Assembly (NCBI GenBank): GCA_963662465.1
Contig: OY759599.1
Location: 2,912,001-2,976,000, forward strand
Source: Desulfatiglandales bacterium
GTDB lineage: Bacteria; Desulfobacterota; DSM-4660; Desulfatiglandales; Desulfatiglandaceae
Reading direction: 5' to 3'
DNA length: 64,000 nt
The notes beneath the pieces were generated by a model. That model saw only the letters and a program-made list of their open reading frames with translations. It had not been told where the DNA came from and did no database searches. How positions within the stretch are numbered: position 1 is the first letter of the stretch; each line of letters starts with the position of its first letter. This document shows positions 50,834 through 59,047 of the stretch, piece by piece. The translations under genes were made by a program, and so were the position numbers.

Positions 50834-53575
50834 ATGGAAATGAAAAACACGAAAAAGGCTTTATTGTTATTTATCAAACAGCTAACCGTTTCAATTTGCC
50901 TGCTGCCGGTTCTTCTGTTCGGCGGGATTGGGTCGGCATATGCCGCCTGGGAAAAGGTTGGCACGGCGGGTTTTTCAGAGGGCTATGCCGAATACACGAG
51001 CCTTGCGTTTGATGGTTCTACCCCGTATGTGGCTTACCGGAATGAGGGGAATGGAGGCAAAGCGACGGTGATGCGGTTTAACGGGACCGGCACGGTGGGC
51101 ACCTGGGAAACGGTGGGTACGGCGGGTTTTTCAGAGGGCGAGGTCTGGTACACGAGCCTTGCGTTTAATGGTTCTACCCCGTATGTGGCTTACCAGGATA
51201 AGGGGAATGGAAACAAAGCGACGGTGATGCGGTTTAACGGGACCGGCACGGTGGGCACCTGGGAAACGGTAGGGGATGCGGGTTTTTCAGCGGGCGAGAC
51301 CGATTACACGAGCCTTGCGTTTGATGGTTCTACCCCGTATGTGGCTTACACGGATGGGAAGGATGGATATAAAGCGACGGTGATGCGGTTTAACGGGACC
51401 GGCACGGTGGGCACCTGGGAAACGGTGGGTACGGCGGGTTTTTCAGAGGGCGAGGTCTGGTACACGAGCCTTGCGTTTGATGGTTCTACCCCGTATGTGG
51501 CTTACCGGGATTGGGGGAATGGAGGCAAAGCGACGGTGATGCGGTTTAACGGGACCGGCACGGTGGGTACCTGGGAAACGGTAGGGGATGCGGGTTTTTC
51601 AGCGGGCGAGACCGATTACACGAGCCTTGCGTTTGATGGTTCTACCCCGTATGTGGCTTACCGGGATAAGGGGAATGAAAGCAAAGCGACGGTGATGCGG
51701 TTTAACGGGACCGGCACGGTGGGCACCTGGGAAACGGTAGGGAATGCGGGTTTTTCAGCGGGCGAGGTCAATTTCATGAACCTTGCGTTTACCGGCTCGA
51801 CCCCGTATGTGGCTTACCGGGATTGGGGGAATGGAGGCAAAGCGACGGTGATGCGGTTTAACGGGACCGGCACGGTGGGCACCTGGGAAACGGTGGGTAC
51901 AGCGGGTTTTTCAGAGGGCAATACCGAATACACGAGCCTTGCATTTACCGGCTCGACCCCGTATGTGGCTTACGCGGATGGGAGGGATGGATATAAAGCG
52001 ACGGTGATGCGGTATAATCTGGTAACAACAGATCCCGCAACGGAGGTGACACCCACAACCGCGACGCTGAACGGCAGGGTAAACGCGAATAATGCCACCA
52101 CAGACGTGTTCTTCCAGTACGGTACGGACACCACCTACGGAAGCATGGTAGAGGCGGATCAGAGTCCCGTGACGGGTTCAACGGATAACGCGGTATCAAA
52201 GGCGATCACCGGTTTAACCAATGGCGTGACGTATCATTACCGTGTCGTGGGCACATACAGAGGGCCGTTATGGTGTGGAGCGGACATGACCTTCATCACC
52301 ACCGGCGCTGCACCAGCGGCCACCACGAACGCGGCGACGGGCGTGACAACCACGGGTGCGACGATGAACGGCACCGTGAACGCAAATAACGACAGTACCA
52401 CCGTGACGTTCGAGTACGGCACGACGACCGCTTACGGAACGACGGTAACAGCGACCCAAAGTCCCGTCACGGGAACAGCGGATACGGCCGTGTCCAAAAT
52501 GGTCAGCAATCTAACGCCGAGCACCACCTATCATTACCGAGTGGTCGGTCAAAATTCCACCGGGACCACCTACGGAGCGGACATGACCTTCATTACCAAC
52601 GGCACTGCACCAGCGGCCACCACGAACGCGGCGACGGGCGTGACAACCACGGGTGCAACGATGAACGGTACGGTCAACGCCAATAACGCCGGCACCACCG
52701 TGAGTTTCGAGTACGGCACGACGACCGCTTACGGAACGACGGTAACAGCGACCCAAAGTCCCGTCACGGGAACAGCGGATACGGCCGTGTCCAAAATGGT
52801 CAGCAATCTAACGCCGAGCACCACCTATCATTACCGAGTGGTCGGTCAAAATTCCACCGGGACCACCTACGGAGCGGACATGACCTTCATTACCAACGGC
52901 ACTGCACCAGCGGCCACCACGAACGCGGCGACGGGCGTGACAACCACGGGTGCAACGATGAACGGTACGGTCAACGCCAATAACGCCGGCACCACCGTGA
53001 GTTTCGAGTACGGCACGACGACCGCTTACGGAACGACGGTAACAGCGACCCAAAGTCCCGTCACGGGAACGGCGGATACGGCCGTGTCCAAGACGATCAT
53101 CGGTTTAACGCCGAGCACCACCTATCATTACCGAGTGGTCGGTCAAAATCCCACCGGGACCACCAACGGCGCGGACATGACCTTCATCACCCCTGAACAG
53201 ACCCCCACCATCATGGGTATCAACCCCGAAACCGGAGGCCCCGGAACGGACGTGGTCATCACCGGCACCGGGTTTACCGCAGCGACCGTCAACTCCGACA
53301 GGGCCTCGGCCGGTATCAGCGTAAAATTCGGTGGGACGGACGCCGAGCGTATCTCCGTGGATTCGGCAACCCGAATTACCGCCACGGTGGGTCAGGGCTC
53401 CACGGGGAAGGTGACGGTAACGACGGCTGCCGGAACGGCAACCAGCGCCGTGACATTCACTTTTATTTCTGCCATACCAACCCTGAATGAATGGGCGCTC
53501 ATTTTGCTGTCTATCTTACTGCTGGTTTCCGGGGTGATTGTCTTGCGAAAACGTAGCCTGTTGCAAGGGGATTAG
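50834..53575 (+). CDS. IPTL-CTERM surface protein: signal peptide, 7 x 52-aa propeller-like repeats, 4 Fn3-like repeats, IPT/TIG domain
   Basis: AGGAGG RBS; signal peptide ending SAYA; C-terminal AIPTLNEWALILLSILLLVSGVIVLRKR sorting signal. Confidence 0.9.
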   Translation: MEMKNTKKALLLFIKQLTVSICLLPVLLFGGIGSAYAAWEKVGTAGFSEGYAEYTSLAFDGSTPYVAYRNEGNGGKATVMRFNGTGTVGTWETVGTAGFSEGEVWYTSLAFNGSTPYVAYQDKGNGNKATVMRFNGTGTVGTWETVGDAGFSAGETDYTSLAFDGSTPYVAYTDGKDGYKATVMRFNGTGTVGTWETVGTAGFSEGEVWYTSLAFDGSTPYVAYRDWGNGGKATVMRFNGTGTVGTWETVGDAGFSAGETDYTSLAFDGSTPYVAYRDKGNESKATVMRFNGTGTVGTWETVGNAGFSAGEVNFMNLAFTGSTPYVAYRDWGNGGKATVMRFNGTGTVGTWETVGTAGFSEGNTEYTSLAFTGSTPYVAYADGRDGYKATVMRYNLVTTDPATEVTPTTATLNGRVNANNATTDVFFQYGTDTTYGSMVEADQSPVTGSTDNAVSKAITGLTNGVTYHYRVVGTYRGPLWCGADMTFITTGAAPAATTNAATGVTTTGATMNGTVNANNDSTTVTFEYGTTTAYGTTVTATQSPVTGTADTAVSKMVSNLTPSTTYHYRVVGQNSTGTTYGADMTFITNGTAPAATTNAATGVTTTGATMNGTVNANNAGTTVSFEYGTTTAYGTTVTATQSPVTGTADTAVSKMVSNLTPSTTYHYRVVGQNSTGTTYGADMTFITNGTAPAATTNAATGVTTTGATMNGTVNANNAGTTVSFEYGTTTAYGTTVTATQSPVTGTADTAVSKTIIGLTPSTTYHYRVVGQNPTGTTNGADMTFITPEQTPTIMGINPETGGPGTDVVITGTGFTAATVNSDRASAGISVKFGGTDAERISVDSATRITATVGQGSTGKVTVTTAAGTATSAVTFTFISAIPTLNEWALILLSILLLVSGVIVLRKRSLLQGD
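50948..52015 (+). repeat. Seven tandem 156-bp intragenic repeats
   Basis: Unit starts TGGGAAA at 50948, 51104 and so on; near-identical DNA except two variable windows per unit. Confidence 0.95.
52285..53190 (+). repeat. Three near-identical tandem 297-bp repeats (Fn3-like domains)
   Basis: Identical antisense ORFs at 52511 and 52808 confirm the 297-bp period; a diverged fourth unit precedes them. Confidence 0.92.
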
Positions 53576-53666
53576 TACCTGCAAAAGCCTGTCATAAAAA
53601 AAGAAGATTTTTTTTTGGCTGGCTTTAAAACCTTTTTATCCGGTTAACGCAGGCGTGAACATCTGT

Positions 53667-53724
53667 GAAAACTAAAATGATGATTCATTCGGTTCCTGTT
53701 CGTGATCGAAGATATATCCCACGG
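53667..53724. repeat. 58-bp imperfect direct repeat, copy B (overlaps the 3' end of the response regulator)
   Basis: GAAAACTAAAATGATGATTCATTCGGTTCCTGTTCGTGATCGAAGATATATCCCACGG. Confidence 0.9.
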
Positions 53725-54424
53725 ATCTGAGGCTTTTAAAATAGACGGGGTTTTTGGGGTTGCGCTCAAAATACTTTCTGAACCTGACCATGAAATTGTC
53801 CACTGTCCGGGTTGTGGTCCCGCGGGCGTACCCCCATCCGATTTCCAGAAGCTTTCTTCTCGAAAGGGGTTTGCCGCGATTGGCAATGAAAAGCCGTAAC
53901 AGTTTTGCTTCCTGTTCGGTCAAATCGATAACTCCGAACGGGCCATGGGCTTTCAGGGTCTTAAAATCGATTCGGTTATCCCCGAATTGGTAGATGTCGG
54001 GAAGCGACGAAACACCCTTTTCAGTTGAATTTTCCTCATGAGACCAGCCCCCCCGGGTCAAAAGCCGTTTTACCCGGAGCAAAAACTCATCCAGGTTGAA
54101 GGGCTTGGCCAGATAATCGTCCACACCGTAAGAAAATCCCTTGATCCTGTCATCGGGATCACCTCTGGCCGACAGGATCAAGATGGGAATGCGTTCGTCC
54201 TCAAGACGGATATTTCGAAGCACCGACAGCCCATCGATCCCCGGAAGCATAATGTCCAGGACAATCAGGTCCGGCTGCCATTGTTTCCATTTTAAAAGGG
54301 CCGCATTTCCATCGGGCGCGATCATCACGTCATGGCCCTTCAGCGTCAGGTTCAATTTCAAACCTTCGGCCAAGTGTGTTTCATCTTCCACCACCAGAAT
54401 TCGAGATTTTGCGGTTTCACCCAT
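53672..54424 (-). CDS. OmpR/PhoB family response regulator
   Basis: ILVVEDE, DLIVLDIMLPGIDG, DDYLAKPF, wHTH TRTVDNFMVRFRKYFE...SVGY. Confidence 0.93.
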   Translation of the reverse strand: MGETAKSRILVVEDETHLAEGLKLNLTLKGHDVMIAPDGNAALLKWKQWQPDLIVLDIMLPGIDGLSVLRNIRLEDERIPILILSARGDPDDRIKGFSYGVDDYLAKPFNLDEFLLRVKRLLTRGGWSHEENSTEKGVSSLPDIYQFGDNRIDFKTLKAHGPFGVIDLTEQEAKLLRLFIANRGKPLSRRKLLEIGWGYARGTTTRTVDNFMVRFRKYFERNPKNPVYFKSLRSVGYIFDHEQEPNESSF

Positions 54425-55406
54425 CGCTTCCCTCTTTTTGATCGAGACTTGAGGGTTTCAAGGGCAGAATCAAGGAAAAAACAGAGCCCTTGCCACTCCC
54501 TTTCGATTCGACCATCATTTTCCCCTTATGAAACTTGGCGATGCTCTCAACCAGATGAAGCCCCAGCCCGGTACCCTTGGCCGACATATTCTCCGAGCGG
54601 CCAATCTGGTAAAACTTTTTAAAGACCTTCTTAAATTCCGACTTTGGCAGTCCGATGCCGTTGTCTTCAAAACGGATATGCAATCCCCTCCCCCTGGGTT
54701 CAAAGGTGATATCGAGGCGGGGCGCTTCGGATTCATTGTACTTGATGGCGTTGGTGAACAGATTCATCAGCAGTATCTCAAACAATGCCGGACTGATAAG
54801 GTAGAAGATGGCGCGTCCCGAAGGATTGTGAATATGGATGTCGCATCCATCGAAGAGATGGCGGTTCTTTTCGTAAAACCGTTGCACCTCACTCACGAGA
54901 TCCTCCCGCACCAGCTTCCCACCATAGGTCTTGCTCTCAATCTTTGCCAGGTCCAGAATTCGGTTTATATTGTGGGTCAACCGGTCCGCATCCTGAACCA
55001 TGTATTCGATATACCTGAGCTGGTCTTCCCGGGCAAGTTCATATTTTTGAAAAGTCTCCAGGTACAGTTTCAGCGAGGTAACGGGAGTTTTCAGTTCGTG
55101 GGTGAAATTATTGATAAAATTGCGCTGAAGCCGGTAAAGCTGGAGCGTCTTTTGATTGTACACAAAGATGATAAAGATGCCCATCAGGATGATCCCCACC
55201 AGAATGGAAAGCACCAGAATCACCATCCAGGTATGAGCGGTCAAAACCTGATCGGAATCGAGGTTGGCTCTCTCCAGAACGCTCTTCAGACCTTTGCGGA
55301 CCTCCACATACCAGTAGATATACAGGGTAAGAGACAGGGCCACGGCCACGATGGAGGAAATGAAAATGAGGATCGGATGCAGAAACCACCACTTTGACTG
55401 AGTCAT
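54417..55406 (-). CDS. Membrane sensor histidine kinase
   Basis: Two TM helices, FTHELKTP, NAIKYN, DNGIG, GTGLGL; start may be 55463. Confidence 0.9.
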   Translation of the reverse strand: MTQSKWWFLHPILIFISSIVAVALSLTLYIYWYVEVRKGLKSVLERANLDSDQVLTAHTWMVILVLSILVGIILMGIFIIFVYNQKTLQLYRLQRNFINNFTHELKTPVTSLKLYLETFQKYELAREDQLRYIEYMVQDADRLTHNINRILDLAKIESKTYGGKLVREDLVSEVQRFYEKNRHLFDGCDIHIHNPSGRAIFYLISPALFEILLMNLFTNAIKYNESEAPRLDITFEPRGRGLHIRFEDNGIGLPKSEFKKVFKKFYQIGRSENMSAKGTGLGLHLVESIAKFHKGKMMVESKGSGKGSVFSLILPLKPSSLDQKEGSDG

Positions 55407-55509
55407 TAGCGACAACCCCGATGTTTCCCCGCGGTTCGATGGCGCGATAAATGGGAAATCCACCCCTTTCGTTCATGATTCTATTCCCATGGGCGCATGA
55501 ATTCAACCG

Positions 55510-57183
55510 TTAAGATTTTGAACGTTGTTCCACCAGACGGTAAGGGATTTTCGGCATGACCCGATCGACACGGAAGGACTTCGCCGGTTGATCTTCATGC
55601 TTATAAACCTTATACCGTCGGCGATAAGATGTTTTCGGCGCCCTGAGATCTCCAAAGATTCGGCATCTCAGATATTCTTTCACACCGAAGAAAACCACCA
55701 CAGACGATGCGGCCAGGGCGGGGAGATTCATCCTGCCGAATTGTGAAGCATATAATTTTTTGATTTCCCCGAGCAGGGTTTTACTCCGCGGGTTTTCCAC
55801 AAAAAGGGTCGCGGCCGGGAGAAAATATCGCATCATGATAAGTCTCTTTTTGAAATCCTTTAAACGCCTTCCAACCCGTTCGTCGGGATGGTTGATGCAA
55901 TAGTCATAACCCGACAACGTCGTTTTAATGGCGCGCAACATGGAAGCGCCGTTTCGGGCGTAATCCATATCAAACGCCAGGCGCAATAAATCTTCGGACG
56001 CCTCTCTTGAAAAATGATCATGATGAAACCATATTTTTCCCTGACCATGCTGGGATTCATAGGGAACATCTTTGATTAATTTTCCCAGGCTTTCATAGTC
56101 ATTGTAAAGTTTTGTTCCCGGGATCGGTCCCAGCGGCGAGAATTGCACATAATCCGGATTCAAGGATGTCACAAAGTCCACATCCTCCCAGATGGTGTCT
56201 TTATCGTGTGTCTCATTAAATAAAATCAGTGACGCCAGAACGCTGATGCCCCTTTTCTTTAGCCCTTTAAAAAGAACCTGAAAATCAGTATTTTTATTCT
56301 TCGCATAGATCTCTTTTTTCGATTCAACCCCCACCCACACAAAGGTTATCCCCATGCGCACCAGAATATCCAGATCACCGATTGCTTTCAGTGTTTCGGC
56401 GGAACTGAAGATGGCAAAAGTAAAGCGCCGATTATGCTTTTCCATCAACGCCAGCAATTCCAGCGCACGATCCTTCATTTTCAAAAAGTTTTCATCCAAC
56501 ACCCCGAAATCCGTTATACCCTTCTCATCTTCGTAACGGCAACATACGTCAAAGATGTCCTGCCCGGTTTTTAAATAGGGAATGTAATTGCCGAAGAAAT
56601 GTGAAGTAGCGCAAAAACGGCATTTGTTGGCACACCCCACGCCGGGCATCAGAATGCCGGAATCGGACGGCCAGGGCACCCCCATGACCTGTCGGTTGAA
56701 AGAGCTGTATTCAAGGGGATGCCGGATGGGTTTGTCCATCTTTTCCCCAAAAAGTTCCCTCAAAAAATAGACGCCTTCGCCTTTGCATCTGAAATCATAA
56801 TCGATCAACGATTCTATGTTGGGAATATTGACCCCGTGACCTCCCAAAATGATCTTTGATTTCGGCGATAATTCACGAATGGCCTGCGCCATGGCCTTTG
56901 CTTTTTTAAAATTGGGGATGATGAAGCTGATGCCGATGTAATCATATCCTTTTTTCAATTCCTGCTTAAAGCGTTTAAAGGTCGGAAAATCCAGTATCGC
57001 CGTGGGCATGTCAATATTTTCCGCTAAAAAATAGAGCCCCTGGCTTCCATGGTTGAATCGGTAGGAAAAAATGCCTTGCTCTCGGGTCACCTGATTGTGA
57101 AAGAGCTCCATTTTATTTTCTTTTCTGCCATATTCATCATCCACCCCATAGGGTCCAAATACCGAAGTAAGTAATAGTTTCAT
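55510..57183 (-). CDS. Cobalamin-binding (class B-like) radical SAM protein
   Basis: N-terminal B12-binding-like YIGISF...IILGGHG; GCANKCRFC CX3CX2C motif; DENF, GVES, PIPGTKLY. Confidence 0.85.
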   Translation of the reverse strand: MKLLLTSVFGPYGVDDEYGRKENKMELFHNQVTREQGIFSYRFNHGSQGLYFLAENIDMPTAILDFPTFKRFKQELKKGYDYIGISFIIPNFKKAKAMAQAIRELSPKSKIILGGHGVNIPNIESLIDYDFRCKGEGVYFLRELFGEKMDKPIRHPLEYSSFNRQVMGVPWPSDSGILMPGVGCANKCRFCATSHFFGNYIPYLKTGQDIFDVCCRYEDEKGITDFGVLDENFLKMKDRALELLALMEKHNRRFTFAIFSSAETLKAIGDLDILVRMGITFVWVGVESKKEIYAKNKNTDFQVLFKGLKKRGISVLASLILFNETHDKDTIWEDVDFVTSLNPDYVQFSPLGPIPGTKLYNDYESLGKLIKDVPYESQHGQGKIWFHHDHFSREASEDLLRLAFDMDYARNGASMLRAIKTTLSGYDYCINHPDERVGRRLKDFKKRLIMMRYFLPAATLFVENPRSKTLLGEIKKLYASQFGRMNLPALAASSVVVFFGVKEYLRCRIFGDLRAPKTSYRRRYKVYKHEDQPAKSFRVDRVMPKIPYRLVEQRSKS

Positions 57184-57321
57184 GCGATATCCCTTAGTAA
57201 TAATTTGTTTTACAATTTTGTCTCTTGCTAATAACGTAAATCACTATACAGTAAAATAAAGAAAAACTTTGTAAAACAAATGTAAAACTAAGCTTTTTGA
57301 ACTTGTCATCCGTCGGCAGCC

Positions 57322-57406
57322 TGTTTCGGCCCGAGCCGTAGGTGCAACTTTAGTCGCACCTACAATCGCTTCAAAAGCCTTATCTCACGTTAATCCGCGA
57401 TGAGCC
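57322..57406 (-). mobile_element. Degenerate, internally deleted MITE relative (one TIR, collapsed REP)
   Basis: TGTTTCGGCCCGAGCCGTAGGTGCAACTTTAGTCGCACCTACAATCG...CTCACGTTAATCCGCGATGAGCC. Confidence 0.75.
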
Positions 57407-57502
57407 GCTCTTGAGAAATTCCCTCCAACTATTGATTGATCTGTTTCTCAAGTTCCGTTTGAGTATCGATATCAACACGCCCTAAGCTGAAAGTTCAAAT
57501 CA

Positions 57503-59047
57503 TCAAAGGGGCTGCGCCGCCACATCAAACCGGATTCCCTGTGCCAGGGGCAGCTCATCGGACCAGTTGACGGCAGTGGTCTGGCGGCGCATATAGGCTT
57601 TCCAGGCATCCGAACCGGCTTCCCGACCGCCGCCCGTATCTTTCTCCCCCCCGAAGGCGCCCCCAATTTCCGCCCCGCTGGTTCCGGCATTGACATTGGC
57701 GATCCCGCAATCGCTTCCCGAATGGCTCAAGAAAAGCTCGGCCTCTTTCAGATGGTTTGTAAAGATGGCGGAAGAGAGCCCCTGGGGGACGTTATTCTGC
57801 AAAGCGATCGCCTCGCTGAGATCCCCCTTATAGGGAATGATGTAAAGAATCGGTGCGAAGGTTTCGGTTTGTACCAGCGGGCAATCCGCCGACACCCGGC
57901 AAATACAGGGCGTGACATAGGCGCCGGCATCAAAGAGCCCGCCGGAGAGCACCTCGCCGCCGTAAAGGATGCGCCCTCCCTGTTTCAAGACGGCCTTGAG
58001 GGCGGTTTGCATGGTTTGCACCGCTTTTGGGTCAATCAAAGGACCCATGAGTATCCCTTCATCCAGGGGATTTCCAATGGGGATTTGTTGGTATGCCCCG
58101 ATAAGGGCCTTCGAGAAAGGACCAAGGATATCCTGGTGAACAATGGCCCGACGGGTGGTCGTGCATCGTTGTCCGGCCGTCCCCACCGCACCGAAAACAA
58201 TGGCCCGCACCGCCGTTTTCAGATCGGCATTGGGGGTAACGATAACCGCGTTGTTGCCGCCCAACTCCAGGATGGCCTTTCCAAGGCGTGCGGCCACCAC
58301 CTGCCCCACATGACGCCCCATGGCCACACTGCCGGTAGCGGATATGAGCGGAACACGACGGTCCGCCAATAGGCGATCCCCCACTTCCCGACGATCACCG
58401 ATAACGATATTTAAGATGCCTTCGGGCAGGTCATTTTCCCGCAACACCCGCCATGCGGTCTGAATCGCGGCAACCGCACTGAGCGGGGCCTTGGAAGAGG
58501 GTTTCCACACCACCGTATTGCCGGCGATGAGCGCAATCATGGCATTCCAGGCCCAAACCGCCACCGGGAAGTTGAATGAAGATATAACCCCCACCGGTCC
58601 CAGGGGATGCCATTGCTCATACATTCGATGCCCGGAGCGCTCACTGTGCATGGTCTTCCCATAAAGCATTCGGGACTGGCCCACGGCAAAATCCGCCATG
58701 TCGATCATTTCCTGTATTTCACCCTCGCCTTCAGAGCGGATTTTCCCCACTTCCAGACTGACCAAAGCGCCCAGATCCCGCTTTACCTCCCGCAATCGAT
58801 TGCCTATTTGTCGAACGATGTCTCCCCGCTCGGGGGCCGGAACGCTTCGCCAAATTTGAAATGCCCGCTCCGCGGCGGTGATTACTTTTTCGTAATCTCC
58901 AGCATCAGCACAGCAAACTTTACCCAACGACGATCCTGTAATCGGCGATGTCGCCTCCAGACAGGGACCGTGACAAACCAACCAGGACCCCACCCCCGCG
59001 CCGGGCTGCCTTTCCGAAATATTGAATTTATCGAGAATCTTTTTCAT
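57503..59047 (-). CDS. Aldehyde dehydrogenase family 7 (aminoadipate-semialdehyde / piperideine-6-carboxylate dehydrogenase-like)
   Basis: GEIQEMID, SERSGHRMYEQWHPLG, FNFPVAVWAWN, LELGGNNA, GTAGQRCT, GAEIGGAFGGEKDTGGGRE, LPLAQGI. Confidence 0.9.
   Translation of the reverse strand: MKKILDKFNISERQPGAGVGSWLVCHGPCLEATSPITGSSLGKVCCADAGDYEKVITAAERAFQIWRSVPAPERGDIVRQIGNRLREVKRDLGALVSLEVGKIRSEGEGEIQEMIDMADFAVGQSRMLYGKTMHSERSGHRMYEQWHPLGPVGVISSFNFPVAVWAWNAMIALIAGNTVVWKPSSKAPLSAVAAIQTAWRVLRENDLPEGILNIVIGDRREVGDRLLADRRVPLISATGSVAMGRHVGQVVAARLGKAILELGGNNAVIVTPNADLKTAVRAIVFGAVGTAGQRCTTTRRAIVHQDILGPFSKALIGAYQQIPIGNPLDEGILMGPLIDPKAVQTMQTALKAVLKQGGRILYGGEVLSGGLFDAGAYVTPCICRVSADCPLVQTETFAPILYIIPYKGDLSEAIALQNNVPQGLSSAIFTNHLKEAELFLSHSGSDCGIANVNAGTSGAEIGGAFGGEKDTGGGREAGSDAWKAYMRRQTTAVNWSDELPLAQGIRFDVAAQPL

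Noticed and set aside
50948..52015. CRISPR array or complete DGR
   Set aside because: Repeats are in-frame 156-bp coding units with no unique spacers; no cas gene, reverse transcriptase or template repeat lies in the window, and not all changes fit A-to-N.
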